Below, in pieces: positions 25,201-40,539 of a stretch of DNA of 63,742 bases (its first letter is position 1; each line of letters begins with the position of its first letter). A model generated the notes under the pieces. That model ran no database searches. It worked only from the letters and a program-made list of their open reading frames with translations, and had not been told where the DNA came from. Location: the NCBI RefSeq assembly GCF_001194135.2, contig NC_068998.1, positions 22,503,815 through 22,567,556 of the forward strand, given 5' to 3'. The stretch is from Octopus bimaculoides. Taxonomy: Eukaryota. Both the position numbers and the translations under genes were made by a program.

Positions 25201-26416
25201 GCTTTAGGTTACTATACATTTTACATATTAATTTCACACAAAGTTTTTTAGTGCGTCATTGGCCCACATATTTACTATATATACGCGTAATACCAACTTC
25301 TCATTTGCCTACTTACTAATCTCTTCTACATTATTTTATTCTCTGCTTATTGTATTATTCTTTTATCTCTCTCTATATATAAGTTATATATTGTATTTAT
25401 ATATAATGAACTAAAAATTATTTTTCACCTATTACTCTTCTTATATTTATTTTAGTCACATATACATCTTAATTACAAACTCTCTTTATAGATATTTATC
25501 CTAATTTTTCTATTCATAAATATTTATTGGTTTACGTTAGCATTTATTAACATACTGCTTACATGATAATTTTAATATGTACCGATAATATATTAACCTC
25601 CTATACTTCTTTAACCAAATTCACCATTATATTTGATACTTAATAATGTTTTATTACCATATATTATTCTTTATTTTCATTTTCATTTTAAAATAACTTC
25701 GATAAATATACGAATCCAACCTTTGTGAGGTTTATACCATGTTCTTTCTACAAAATATTAATCATTTCGTGGATTTGCTCCCTACACTCAACACACAATA
25801 ATATGTAAATGTAATTCCTAGAGACTTCAAACGAAACAGCTGTGAATCTTGTAATTAATAAATAATTATTATTTTAATTATCACTATTTTCTTATATATA
25901 GCCAAAGATATTAACACATATCTCTCCAGAAGATCACTTTAACCATCGAGCAAGTCCATTGCCATTTCAAAGTTTCACATCAATGCTTATAACTTTATCT
26001 CACATCAATGCAAATGTTACATTTGTACACTAATCATAACCCTTCACACCAAGGTATTTTCTCCGCTGAATATTACTGTATCACTCACGGAAGCCACAAA
26101 TATTCAGCAAGCAACGATACACGTTTCACTGATGCTTATATTTTTGTAAATACACTAAAGGCGCAGATATGGCATCTATGCAGTATTGCAATCTTCACAT
26201 GAAACAATGTGCCTTGAATCAAGAGGGAAGGGAAGAAAGAAAGAGCGAGAGAGATGGTTAGATACATATATATATATCATTATTCCAAACATAACCGCAT
26301 ATACAACGACTTCCTGCAATTTCACCAATGTACATTCCTGTTTATACATATGTTAGGTCATTGGTTGTCAAGTAATACATACATATATGCATTCATACCT
26401 AGTACATACATACCTA

Positions 26417-26470
<54 letters not shown>

Positions 26471-26472
26471 AG

Positions 26473-26547
<75 letters not shown>
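26417..26547. repeat. (ATCT)n-(AT)n microsatellite next to a gap
   Basis: Seen directly. Confidence 0.95.
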
Positions 26548-26814
26548 NNNNNNNNNNNNNNNNNNNNNNNNNNNNNNNNNNNNNNNNNNNNNNNNNNNNN
26601 NNNNNNNNNNNNNNNNNNNNNNNNNNNNNNNNNNNNNNNNNNNNNNNNNNNNNNNNNNNNNNNNNNNNNNNNNNNNNNNNNNNNNNNNNNNNNNNNNNNN
26701 NNNNNNNNNNNNNNNNNNNNNNNNNNNNNNNNNNNNNNNNNNNNNNNNNNNNNNNNNNNNNNNNNNNNNNNNNNNNNNNNNNNNNNNNNNNNNNNNNNNN
26801 NNNNNNNNNNNNNN

Positions 26815-26872
<58 letters not shown>

Positions 26873-26909
26873 TGCGCGTGCGTGCGTGTGTATTTGTGTG
26901 TCTGTATTT

Positions 26910-27105
26910 GTCCAGTACAATCGCTTGACAACCGACGTTGCTCTGTGTACGTTTCCGTAACGTATCAGTTCGGTAAAGAGATCGATATAATAACTACTAG
27001 GCTTGCAAAGAATAGGTCCTGGGGTAGATTTATTTGACTAAAGGCAATGCTCCAACAGGGCTGTAGTCAAATGACTGAAACAAATAAGAGAATAAATGAA
27101 TATAT
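26910..27105 (+). mobile_element. SINE 3' half
   Basis: TTGACAACCGACGTTG...ACTAGGCTTGCAAAGAATAGGTCCTGGGGTAGATTT...GTCAAATGACTGAAACAAATAAGAG is homologous to 53410-53630 (reverse) and 62256-62410. Confidence 0.8.
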
Positions 27106-27369
27106 ATATCCTCATCAAGGCACACACATTTTAATAATCCGTTATCAGTAGGATCAATAAATATACACCATGCAGTGACATAGAAATATCATTTAAGATA
27201 GAGAGTATCTAAATATGAGCTAGTAATAATTTTATGATTCGGAAACATCATTCCTTGTTACTGCAAGCAATCTGTCAGGTTCGAATACATATGGCTAGTC
27301 TTAGAAAAAAAACAGAAAGGATGCTTGTGTGTGAGAAAAGAGTGCAACAATGCAGGAAATATCTATTCG

Positions 27370-27620
27370 CCCAAATTTCCGAAAAGGCTTGTCGTTTCGT
27401 CTTATGGATGACCTTCCGAGCGTGCCTCACTCATCACTGAGATATGGTTATGTTTGAAGAGGTTGTACCACCCATTGATCTTATGTTACCTCATGGCATC
27501 GTTGAGACTTCTGGAGGATTGTGGTTGAGTATCGCCAAGTTATTTGGTAAACATGATATATCCCTGCTTTAGTAGAACGGTCATCTTGAAAGAAAATCAC
27601 ATTCCGATGGGCTTATATAT
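27370..27620 (-). mobile_element. Mariner transposase N-terminal fragment
   Basis: Minus strand gives a decayed LGDTQ...DAM...GWYNLFK...SEARSxRxS, similar to 31530-32090. Confidence 0.6.
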
Positions 27621-29675
27621 ATATTTAGGTTTGTATGTATGAACATTTTGAAAAATGACAGATAATAGCAGATGGATAGCTAACAATTTTCAGTTTCCAT
27701 AGTGAAACACTTTCATTAAAATTTCTGCTACAAAGCTGGAACCAAAACATATGAAATACAAATCTATAAAATATTTTGAAAAATAATATTGAAAGAATAA
27801 CCCCAAGATAACATTAATGCAACGGATTAAATTCTGTTTATCCCCAAATTTAAGGTGAAATTTGGATGTCTGCAATATATTACAATTTTTAGTAAATCTA
27901 ATTATTAAATCATTTCTTGCGTTCATTAAATCTATGTTGTTTGTTTCCGTTGCCAGCAGTATTATTTCTTTAAGATTTCTATAATGCTTCCTTAAACGTT
28001 CCTTAAACGTTCCTTAATGACTTTACTTTATGGTCAATGACACAAGTGTAAAATATTTTTATTTCTTTCAGATTTCTTTTTCCAGGTATGCACTACACAT
28101 ATAAATTTAATCAGTTGAAGTATTCAACATTAATATTCAACAGCCGTGTGCTATATTTGGCATTTATTGTTACCCTGTATATATTCAATAATTAAAACCC
28201 ATTTATTTTTATTATAATAGTGAGAAATAGAAAGTAAGGCTTACATTTCAATATATTTGTACTTTCTGGAACAATTCCAAATAAATGGAATTATATATAA
28301 TTTCTTTAACAAAATGTATATTGGGTTTTATGGATATTTTACGAATGGGTGAGACTTGAATGATTTGCATAGATCTGACTTCATACATTGCTCTGACTTT
28401 GGTGGTATATTCTGTCACGTATTCTATACATTCTCAGTTCAGTTACACCGGAGTTAGCTCTACCATTCGTTCCTCTATGGAGGATAAAATAAAGCAGCCC
28501 AGAAATATTCGGATTATTATATCAACAAAACTCGTGCCATCAAATTTTCCGTACTTCTGTCTTATCTATTAGCAATTATTATCCTTATTTTATATCGCGC
28601 AAATCAAATCCAAATCTTTAAATAATTTTATAAAATTATTTGTGCCAGAGCAATTATGCCTTTTTTGTTTTAGTTCATCTCCATGGAAGTAATTTCATGT
28701 TATATATATAATTGTGTAGAAGATGCAGTGCAAGTGGAAAACAATATCAATATAGATTTCGAGTATTACTACACTGAAATCAGCTTCACCAAATAAGAAA
28801 CAATTGTCAGTTTCATTACAATGAATATTTGCCATCAAATACGATTCGCAAGTGAAAGCTAGGAACATTGTAAAGTAAAGTAAATGGGGATGTTCACTAC
28901 TATTGCATATACATTGTTCAGTGGTTTTGTAAGTTTTATCAAATCTATCGTAGTATAATATAAACAAATTTTCCATCCCTTCTTTATTTGTATTTCTCAA
29001 TCTAATTTATTTGCATATTATTTGCAGAGAGACTACTCCATGCAAAGACTGATACGCTGGTATACCAAATTCATACGCTGATTAAATATAAATGCATGAA
29101 TTCCATTTTCATTCGGAAATACCTTAACAGCACGAAATAATTTGATTAATCAAGATAAAGTTTAGAGTACATATATCTTCTTTTTATTACTTGTAGAAAT
29201 AATGCTCACCCTGCTGAAGCAAGCAGTTGCTGTTATTTCTTTTCACAATATGAAAGAATATATTACGTAAAATTATCTTAATACTTTATGAGTTTTACAA
29301 GAAGGTAAGATGAACTCAGTGATGCTCTCACAAATGAAAAATGCTGCAGGAAACGGAAAACACACGGAGTATTTCTTTAGTGTAAAATATAGTCGTAGCA
29401 ATTGAACCATTAGTAACGGAAATGCGTTTTTCAACGATTGATGAGCTTTTGATTTCTTTTTCATGTTTTTATTACCTAACATTTTTAATAGAGTCATCCT
29501 ATCAAATCTGGATCGCAATAGAAGATGATAACAAAATGTATTCCCTCTTAAATTTTGGCCATTGGGTTCATTTTATTGTGCAGTTCATCAAGTCTGCTGT
29601 ACCAAGTTACTCATTAACATATTGCCATTCGTAATATAGACATATCCCTAGAATTTTGTACAATGATTTATGTAA

Positions 29676-29726
<51 letters not shown>

Positions 29727-29769
29727 TGTGTATTGAACGTTGTGTATATGAGTGCGTTCTGAGTGAATA

Positions 29770-29875
29770 TTGAACGAAAACACCTAAAGTTCCACGAGGC
29801 TCCGGCAGGGGATGGTGCGAACCTTGCTGTACTATTTCACCACAACTTTCACTCACTCTTACTTCCTGTTTCTGT
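29770..29875. mobile_element. Short dispersed repeat fragment, inverted homolog of 53975-54150
   Basis: TTTCACCACAACTTTCACTCACTCTT is the reverse complement of a close match to AAAAGTGAGAGAAAGTTGTGGCAAAA at about 54112. Confidence 0.5.
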
Positions 29876-29989
29876 TGTGCCTGTAATTAAGGGTACACGT
29901 GTGTGTTGAGTGCTCAATCACTTGCACGTTAATTTCACGAGCAGGCTGTTCCGTTGATCGAATTAACTGGAACCCTCGACAGAATAAAA

Positions 29990-30155
29990 AAATAATAATA
30001 TTAAGAAATAATAATAGTTTGTCTTGACTTTTCTTGTATTCTCTCTGAGCCAGCATGCTACGTTCACTTACTATGTGAGTAACGATCTCCTTTGTGGATT
30101 TGCATAATATACATTGGGATTGTACATGTTTTTTTCTATATTTGCTTTTATTCAA
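29990..30155 (-). mobile_element. R4/Dong-like CCHC zinc-knuckle fragment
   Basis: ORF 29859-30155 includes QCILCKSTKEIVTHIVSERSMLAQREYKKSQD, matching CRxC..ET..HI.SGC..LAQxEYKxRHD. Confidence 0.7.
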
Positions 30156-31529
30156 TTAGTCCTTAATGCATGATCTTGTACAGATTAGTCCTTAATGCTT
30201 GATCTTGTGTAGATGTTACTTTGGTTAACAAGATTTATGCCACGCTGATCCGTCCTTAGTTACTTTCCGAATTGATACAGTTTAATTTCAACAGGATTCG
30301 GAATCCAGTGAGTGCAGTTCAGTGGATTAGACTATTTTAGGAATACACATTCTTTGTTCCAAAAGTTCTATTCAGAATATTCGCAGTTGCCTTTTTTTTA
30401 CATTAATCCTTTGTTATGTATGTCGCTGTTGGTTCGATCAATATACGTCTTTCATTTTTTTGGATTAGTTGTTTATAATACTGAAGCAGTTGCAATAGGG
30501 TACTTTCCAACTTCAACAATGTCAATATTGGTAGCATCAAATATCCAGTTATTAAACTCACATAATTTCTAAACTTATATCAAATATTTTCCAGTAATAT
30601 ATTACACCAATTTTCATATACACTTATATTCAAAGGTCTTAGTATTTCCGTATTAGTTCGATAGTATGTAATAATTATATTTGTATTAGATATAAAACTA
30701 TGCGTGGTATATACAGATGCTTAAAAGGAACATGAAACTGTAGTAGTCATACTTCCGTATTTCTAATCGGATTAGTTGTAATGATAATTCGGGAGAATTT
30801 CAAGTAACGTGAACCGAATGCTGAAAAATCATATTATATTTCAAACCAGTAAATAATAAATTATATGAATTATGGAGGCTATATTTCAGTTAAAAGTTAT
30901 AAAATACGAGAAGTCGGATCATATATTCCATTGCTGCACATGCTTTTTCTACATTAATCTCATAAAGTAGAGCATAAATTTCCAATAAATATTCGCTAAT
31001 ATCTGATCAAACTTACTTATGTAGCAATCAAAAATAAATGCAGCTACAGCTAGAATGTGATTTATGATTTATTGAAAGCACTGTCCAAGAAATATTTTCA
31101 ATGAAATATCCTTGGGAAGTTTATCTAAATATTTAATATTATTTACTTGAATTAGTTCAAATATTCAAAAATAATAATACATTCTTAATATCTTATACCG
31201 GTAAATAATTTTCAATCTACATTCAAGTAATTTTTATTGCAGAAATTTTTATTGCGTATGTTGTATACTTTCCCTTCGAAAGTATACAACATGCGCATTT
31301 GGGAGTAAAATATGGTGTAATGTAAATTCTAAGCAAACATTATTTTGAATTATACATGCGTACATACACACAAACACGCATATGTTGTTTGTGTGTATGT
31401 GTGTGTGTGTTTGCATGACAAGACGATTGTATTTTTTCAAAATGTATCCTTGCATTCAAGTTTAAAAAATAATTTTCATTTTACATTTCACAAATTTTAT
31501 TTAATCACCTTCAAAATACAACACTTGAA

Positions 31530-32090
31530 AGTTAAGACATTTGTTCCAACGGTTCTGTCACTGCTGGTAATACATCTAGAACTCCTTCACTGCCATGCTA
31601 TTGAACTGCGCTGTAGCTTTTCCCGTATTTTTTTCTCGCGACTATAATGTCTTCCCTTTCAGCGTGGTTTCCAGTTTATGGAAGTGCCAGAAGTCACAGG
31701 GTATCAAGTTGGCAGAGTCTAGAGCCTGTCGATCAGATGTGTTGGTATTTAGCAGAATAGTTGGATTACATTGTCCATGCATAAGGAATCCGATTTTATG
31801 TCTTCATTGTCCATCTCTGCATACACAAATTTTCCGTGAAAACAGAATGCATCGATCTTGTGCTTATTCACACCTCCCTAGTAATTTATTGCGTTGTTAC
31901 AAGCCAGAACTCCATGACTATTGGACGAATCATTCATCGGCTCCTCGTTTCGGCTTGTCGATGACCTGTCTGAGTGTGCTTCGCTCTCCACTGAATTGCG
32001 ATCCAGTTTCGATTTTACCAGTCTTTCATCTGAATTTTGCCCATTGCATCATCACCATAGCCCTCCTGAATATTTTTGGATGTTTTGAGC
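31530..32090 (-). mobile_element. Internally deleted mariner element
   Basis: Minus strand gives N-terminal IQEGYGDDAMGKIQMKDW...VESEAHSDRSSTSRNEE, then C-terminal LxPCDFWHFHKLETTLKG...QNRWNKC (YSPDLAPxDF-type motif). Confidence 0.75.
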
Positions 32091-32095
32091 TGGAA

Positions 32096-32125
32096 TAATA
32101 ATGATGATGATGATGATGATGATAA

Positions 32126-32194
<69 letters not shown>

Positions 32195-32205
32195 TAATAA
32201 TAATA
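32096..32205. repeat. (GAT)n-(AAT)n microsatellite
   Basis: Seen directly. Confidence 0.95.
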
Positions 32206-32221
32206 ACCTTTATATAGCCTT

Positions 32222-33320
32222 AGGCTATATATACAACGCACAAAAGGTGGCAGGGGTCTTATACAGCTAGAAAACTATTATAAAATAACCACCATAGGAC
32301 TGCAAAAATACCTACTCCAGAAGCAAGGGAAACTAATACAAATAGCCACAAAACACGAGCAAAACAAAAAAACTGTTTCCAGTATTTAAGGAAGCTGACA
32401 AATACAAACAAGGAATCAATCTACCTAACAAATACGAAGAAGAAGAAGAAGAAACAACAAAAGCTATAAAACAAATGAAATCCAAACTAAAACTAGAACA
32501 GCAACGGACCATGATAAAACGATGGCAAGAAAAGCCCCTACATGGTAAATACTGGGCTAAACTAAATGCGAAAGAAATAGNNNNNNNNNNNNNNNNNNNN
32601 NNNNNNNNNNNNNNNNNNNNNNNNNNNNNNNNNNNNNNNNNNNNNNNNNNNNNNNNNNNNNNNNNNNNNNNNNNNNNNNNNNNNNNNNNNNNNNNNNNNN
32701 NNNNNNNNNNNNNNNNNNNNNNNNNNNNNNNNNNNNNNNNNNNNNNNNNNNNNNNNNNNNNNNNNNNNNNNNNNNNNNNNNNNNNNNNNNNNNNNNNNNN
32801 NNNNNNNNNNNNNNNNNNNNNNNNNNNNNNNNNNNNNNNNNNNNNNNNNNNNNNNNNNNNNNNNNNNNNNNNNNNNNNNNNNNNNNNNNNNNNNNNNNNN
32901 NNNNNNNNNNNNNNNNNNNNNNNNNNNNNNNNNNNNNNNNNNNNNNNNNNNNNNNNNNNNNNNNNNNNNNNNNNNNNNNNNNNNNNNNNNNNNNNNNAAA
33001 TACAAAGACCTGGAAATAGAGATAACTCGAATGTGGAATCTAAAAACAGAAACAATTCCTATCATAGTAGGTGCCTTAGGTATAATAAAAAAACATTCAG
33101 ACAAATACATAACAAAAATACCAGGACTTACAAATATATATAACATACAGAAAATTACACTACTGGGTACTGCACACATTCTACGCAAAACACTTTCAAT
33201 ACAGTAAACATAAGAGCACCACAGCAAACCACAGCACATACCCAAGGCGCACAGAGCTGCGCTCGGTAGTGAAGTGAAAGCACGTTATAAAAATAAAACT
33301 ACTGAATAATAATAATAATA
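32222..33320 (+). mobile_element. 5'-truncated R4/Dong-like non-LTR element spanning a gap, flanked by (AAT)n
   Basis: RLYIQRTKGGRGLIQLE...WQEKPLHGKY [gap] KYKDLEIEITRMWNLKTETIPIIVGALG...LLGTAHILRKTLSIQ*, then a well-preserved 3'UTR and (AAT)n tail. Confidence 0.9.
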
Positions 33321-33369
33321 ATATAGAAAATGAAGATGCAGTAGTTGTAGTAGTAGTAGTAATTATAAT

Positions 33370-34511
<1,142 letters not shown>

Positions 34512-34715
34512 ATCAGGAGCGAGAAAGGAACATCTGGGGTGAAATAACAACACAGCCTGTGTCAGAGACAAACGCAGGACGACAAACCAGGGGAATAATT
34601 TCTCTGTCTGAAGTATGGAGAACTTCAGAAATGTACCGTGCTAGTATGTATGCGGACATGAACGTATATGCAGGGTGACGCACACTCGTATACAGATGTA
34701 TATTCGCATGTATAT

Positions 34716-35148
34716 ATATATGTATATATCTATATACGTAAGCATGTATGTATGCATGATTGTATGCCTGTATACATGCAAGCAAGCATATATGCATTAG
34801 TGCATTTTATATGTTTATTTGTCAATGTATAAAAACGTGTATATATGTCACATATATATACAGATAAATTCCTCTATTTTACATAATATCGAGGTTTCTT
34901 TCATACTTTTGCTGTCTTACCATTTGTATCAATATATATATAATTATATATATATGTATATATCTATATACGTAAGCATGTATGTATGCATGATTGTATG
35001 CCTGTATACATGCAAGCAAGCATATATGCATTAGTGCATTTTATATGTTTATTTGTCAATGTATAAAAACGTGTATATATGTCACATATATATACAGATA
35101 AATTCCTCTATTTTACATAATATCGAGGTTTCTTTCATACTTTTGCTG
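34716..35148. repeat. Apparently identical ~200-bp direct duplication (234-bp offset) ending at a gap
   Basis: Sequence at about 34716-34914 recurs at about 34950-35148, immediately before the N run. Confidence 0.85.
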
Positions 35149-35369
35149 NNNNNNNNNNNNNNNNNNNNNNNNNNNNNNNNNNNNNNNNNNNNNNNNNNNN
35201 NNNNNNNNNNNNNNNNNNNNNNNNNNNNNNNNNNNNNNNNNNNNNNNNNNNNNNNNNNNNNNNNNNNNNNNNNNNNNNNNNNNNNNNNNNTATAAATTAT
35301 GCTGTATTTTCCTAATATGGAGGACACATTCTTTTGTTGCCATTTCTTCCTCTCCTCCTCCACCTCCCC

Positions 35370-35501
35370 TCCTCCTCCTCCTTCTTCTTCTTCTTCTTCT
35401 TCTTCTTCTTCTTCTTCTTCTTCTTCTTCTTCTTCTTCTCCTTCTTCTTCTCCTTCTTCGTTTTCTTCTTCTTTCTTCTTCTTCTTCTTCTTCTTCTTCT
35501 T

Positions 35502-35532
<31 letters not shown>

Positions 35533-35550
35533 TTATTATTATTATTATTA
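35370..35550. repeat. (CTT)n-(ATT)n microsatellite
   Basis: Seen directly. Confidence 0.95.
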
Positions 35551-36552
35551 TCATATATACATATATTTATATATATATACATATATATATACACATGCAT
35601 ATGCATCATGTACACTTCTGAATAGGTATGGTGACTGCAATATAATTACAAAACTCGAATAAGTACACTATATCATGGAACTTGATTTGGAGTGATAGTA
35701 GGAACAACAATACGGCAGACGCGTTTTCTGTGATGAGAAGCCCCTTTGTAATAAAAACAAGATTTCGTGACAGTTTGTCATAACTAACTACAAAACGATG
35801 ACCAAATATGCCGTAATTGCTTGGAAATTAACATAACCTAAATGCCTACTAAGACATTTAAAACAGGCATTGATTCTTTTGCATTATTAGAAAAATAGCC
35901 AAAAGCTTTTTAAAAATATTTATCAGCACAAACCGATTGTTGAGGAGTTAAATAGAATATCTCTTCTTTTTTTATAAAACATCTGGTAGCAGGCACACAT
36001 ACAAATGTACATACACCAAAACCATTTCGCACATATAAAAATAACCTTAAAATAAAACTTGACATGTTTCCTTCTCTTTGTTTCTCTTGTGTTACGGATG
36101 TCAAACTTATCTTATCAATACCTACACCAATATATTTACAGCTAAACCATAATAAAAAAAAAAATGATAGCGTGAAAACGTATATATTTTGTTGTCATAA
36201 ATATAAATACATAGAGTAAAATTATTTACCCCGTATGTTGAAATGTAAGGCTTGCTGTAACAATATATAAATTATACTTGTGCATCATAATTTGACAGAA
36301 TTTCAACTTTCTCTCAGTATATATATTTCACAATAGATAGGAAAAATAATGTGAATAGCGGATTGCCAACTGACGTACACTTTATTTTCTATTATTATCG
36401 TTACGCACTTTCTACTACGTTACATCCCGCCCTCTGACTCAGATAACCGTCGCGTACATGTGATGTTAGGTATTTAACTCGCTTAACATGAGACCGTAAA
36501 CACTTGTGCTTTTAGACACGCATAGAGCGCATGCTGTCATACCTATTATATA

Positions 36553-36609
<57 letters not shown>

Positions 36610-36994
36610 GTATATGTATGTATATATATATATATATCTATATACATGTATATGTATATATACTTATATATATATATATTAGTTCATGTATATATTAATA
36701 GTATCTCAGTTATTAAAACTTTCGATAATTTAAATACGTTAATAGTTACCAGAGGTAGCAAAAATACACTAAAAAACAAGATATCACAGCCGTTTTACAG
36801 GTAGATATACCAAGTTAAAGTGATACATTTTGAGAAGATATGGATAATAATAAAAAAATGGAGCAAAACGAATGTCAATAAAAGTTCCTTTAATTCCTAC
36901 ACATATGAGGTAACTTATGATCAGAGATGTCACATGGTCAGTGACTGTTGGAAGGAACTTTTATTGACATGCGTTTTGCTCCATTTATTAGTAT

Positions 36995-37045
<51 letters not shown>

Positions 37046-40000
37046 CACGTAGTTATGAAATCGCAATCATTCTGGAAGCGAAACACTCATCTAACACACA
37101 TATATGCAAATACACACATTTATGTATATGTATCTTTATAGATGCCTGCGACTCGCGTTGTGTGTTTGTGTGTGTGTGCGTGTGTGTGTGCGTGTATGTG
37201 TTTGTGAATGTGTTTGCATATAAGCAGTTTGTGTGAGCATAGAATATCTCGTATTTATCCTTCTCTTGATGATAGGAATGTTCCTACTTTTATAATATTA
37301 TTTAATTTCGTATTCTTGAATATGTACTTAGTTAATGAAAAGATTTTAAAAGTAACTTTCTTTTGAAAAGCATTGAATTCTATTTGCTTCTGAAAGACAT
37401 AATTTGAGAGTTGCAATTCTAACATTTGATTGAAAATAGTGTCCAACATTCAACATGATATTCTGCATTAAACAACTCCTGTGATCGATGTTTAAGTATG
37501 ATAATTAAATAATTAAATGAAAATATTAACCAATGACATGAAACTTGTTAGCATCTGACTTGAATAAGAAGCCTAAAATAATTGAAAGGTTATTTTTGTC
37601 CTAATTGTGACCGATATACAACATGTTTACTTGTTTCTCATAATGATTGCAATGAATTTCTGATTGTATTTTTGTTTGCATATATATGTTCTCTTTTAAG
37701 AAAGTATTCTTGTCAAACAGTTCATATTTAAAATGAATATCGCAATTTTATTGTATGTATTTAATGAAAGATGTCGTAATTATATTTTGAATCTAATTTA
37801 TTTTTTGAAACTAATATATTTATAACACTGATATATCTCTCAACGACAACATTCTTTGATTAGTGATGTAGTAATTATATATTAAGTTTTGAATTTTATT
37901 TTTGTAGCTAGAATAGCATCGAAAATATTTTCGAAAGATTTGTTAGAGTAGGTAAATATATATCCTAATCAAATATTCATGATGGACTGCAATTGTTTCA
38001 GAAACTTATACATTTTAGGAATAGCATTACAGTCATAATTTGTCATGGAATTGTGCTCTTCAATCACGGAGGAAACCATTATAATATAATATAATGAGGC
38101 TCTGTATTTGGTATGGAGCTGGAAGAATGTTTTATCCACAACGGTAGTTCAGTACATACGCTAGTTACAGATTGCTTAAAAACCGGTGTTCTCTGTGCAA
38201 ATTGTTTGCACTGGGTGGTAGAATCTCTCCATCGAAAACCATAGAGTTCACAGAACAGGAACGAATCATACAATGTATCATAACCGTGCTCCAAGGGGTT
38301 TGTAATCAACTAGACAAATGTTATGTTTCGGTATCAAATGTTGTGTTTCCTATATCTTGAGCTTGCACGAATTCCGGAAAAATAATTTAGGCCTTCTATA
38401 CCAACGACCCACCAACACCACGTCAAACAAAAACGCTCAGTACGAAAGTAACATCACGGAAGTTATCAATACTATGATCACTGCCACTGGGACTAGCACA
38501 GGCATCGCTATTGCCACTAGCGCGCACACTAATCTAAATTTAAACGATGTAGAACAACTGAATGAAACAAAATAGATTACATGACAAGTGTTACAAGAAG
38601 CAACTAATAAACAGCATGAACTCACAAAGGTTAAGTACAACTGATTCATGACGGAAACATGACGTATACAAAACGAAAAATATGCATGACAGAATTTTCA
38701 ACAAAAATGCAGAAATTGGGCTGAGTGAAAGTTAAATTGTTGGACCAGGGGGTGGGTCAATAAAAGTAATTACAAAAATGTAATACTGGAAATGGACACT
38801 ACTAACTGGAAGGAGGTAGCACTCAGCCTTCTACAGTAAATATGGTCCTAGTATTTCTGTTCTTTCATTGAACATGGAGTAAGAGCATATGCCTCTGTAG
38901 CAGTGTCAGCTTGAAAACGAGAGCGCCAACCAAATGAATGATATTAAATCATTAGACATATATGTCCGGAGCACAAAGACGTGCCACCCATTTCCGACGG
39001 TTAAGATTTTAAAATGTGAACAGAAATGCGTTACAGATCGTGGAAAATGACGGCAGTGTTGGGCGTGTGTCCAGTATTTAAGTACAGCGTTTGATACAAC
39101 ACGGGTAATACCTATGTACACTTATGTGTATTTGTACACGCACACACACACATACACATTTATATATATATNNNNNNNNNNATATGTTAAAGCATGTCGC
39201 AAAATAATTTATTTACGAAATAACATATAAGTCAGTATTTCTTGTTAAATCAACTCAAATCTGGCAACATACTTCGTAAATATTTATATACATTCTACGA
39301 TTGATAAAAATTGTACTGGAAAGCAATATATTCAGATATTTAGTTTCATGACGAAATTGTTCCGTTATATTAGTTTATAAAAATGATTTTTCTCACACGT
39401 TATACTTTGTTTGTCCTCTCCGAACATTTACTGCAATCTCTTACTCTCGCAGAGGGGAAAAACAATCACACAAACTTGCACAAATGCATGAAAATAATTC
39501 TCACTCATTTGACATATAAAGTGCGTATGTATACATATCTATAGGCGAATTGCGAAAGGAAAGAATAACTTTATTGAAATATTTTCATAACGTTCAAGAT
39601 ATTCTTTCATGTATCTGCTGAATTTTTAAAATCAAATAACTAGCTGAACTTTTAGGTATCCACAATTCACCATGCTGTTTTAAAAATCAAGGAGCATTAA
39701 TATATCATTTTATCGTAAAATCAAAAAAGAGTTTATCCATATTCATTTTAAACATTTATTCAATTACTATTGTATTTTTACAGTCGGCAAAAATTAATCT
39801 TATCACACCGCCTAAATATATTCTACCTCTATATTACAAATATTTGGCGAAACTTTTCAACATATCAGTTCTGTACATGCAATAATATAAAGTTATATTC
39901 TGTGTGAAAGGTTTACTTTTTAAAGAAACGAACCCAAACCTCTTAAGCATCAAAAATTATCTATTTTATTCAAATATTAGTCGTTAACTCACATGAGAGC

Positions 40001-40069
40001 ATCACTTGTGGAGAAAACTAGGTTGCATGTTATTTACATAATATGAAAACTCCTAATTTACTTCAGTAG

Positions 40070-40164
40070 AAATAGTAGCAGTAATAGTAGTAATAATTGT
40101 AGTAGTACTAGTAGTAGTTGTACTAGTAGTAGCAGTGGCAGCGGCAGCAGCAGCAGTAGTAGTT

Positions 40165-40223
<59 letters not shown>

Positions 40224-40238
40224 GGTGGCGGCGGTGGC

Positions 40239-40282
<44 letters not shown>
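40070..40282. repeat. (AGT)n compound microsatellite
   Basis: Seen directly. Confidence 0.95.
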
Positions 40283-40539
40283 AAGGGTATTGGATTGTCT
40301 TTGTAGACAAAGCAGCAGAGAAAACAATTCGTAGGTTCGACACATTGCAATATTAACTCTAGTCATGGTCGATTTCTGTGACTTTGGTAGAGGAAATTAA
40401 GATTTCGAGTTACAACTATCGTTTTGCGAATCGAGAAAAAATGCTTTCCGCACTTTTTGTTATTCCTAAAAGAGGCGAAGTCAGCTTCATTTAGGGGTCA
40501 CAGAAATAAAGAACAACTTAAATGTTGAATGTATTCGAT

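Noticed and set aside
34716-35148. Identical ~200-bp tandem duplication as a biological repeat
   Set aside because: The second copy ends exactly at a gap, so misassembly is the likely cause. Long reads would settle it.
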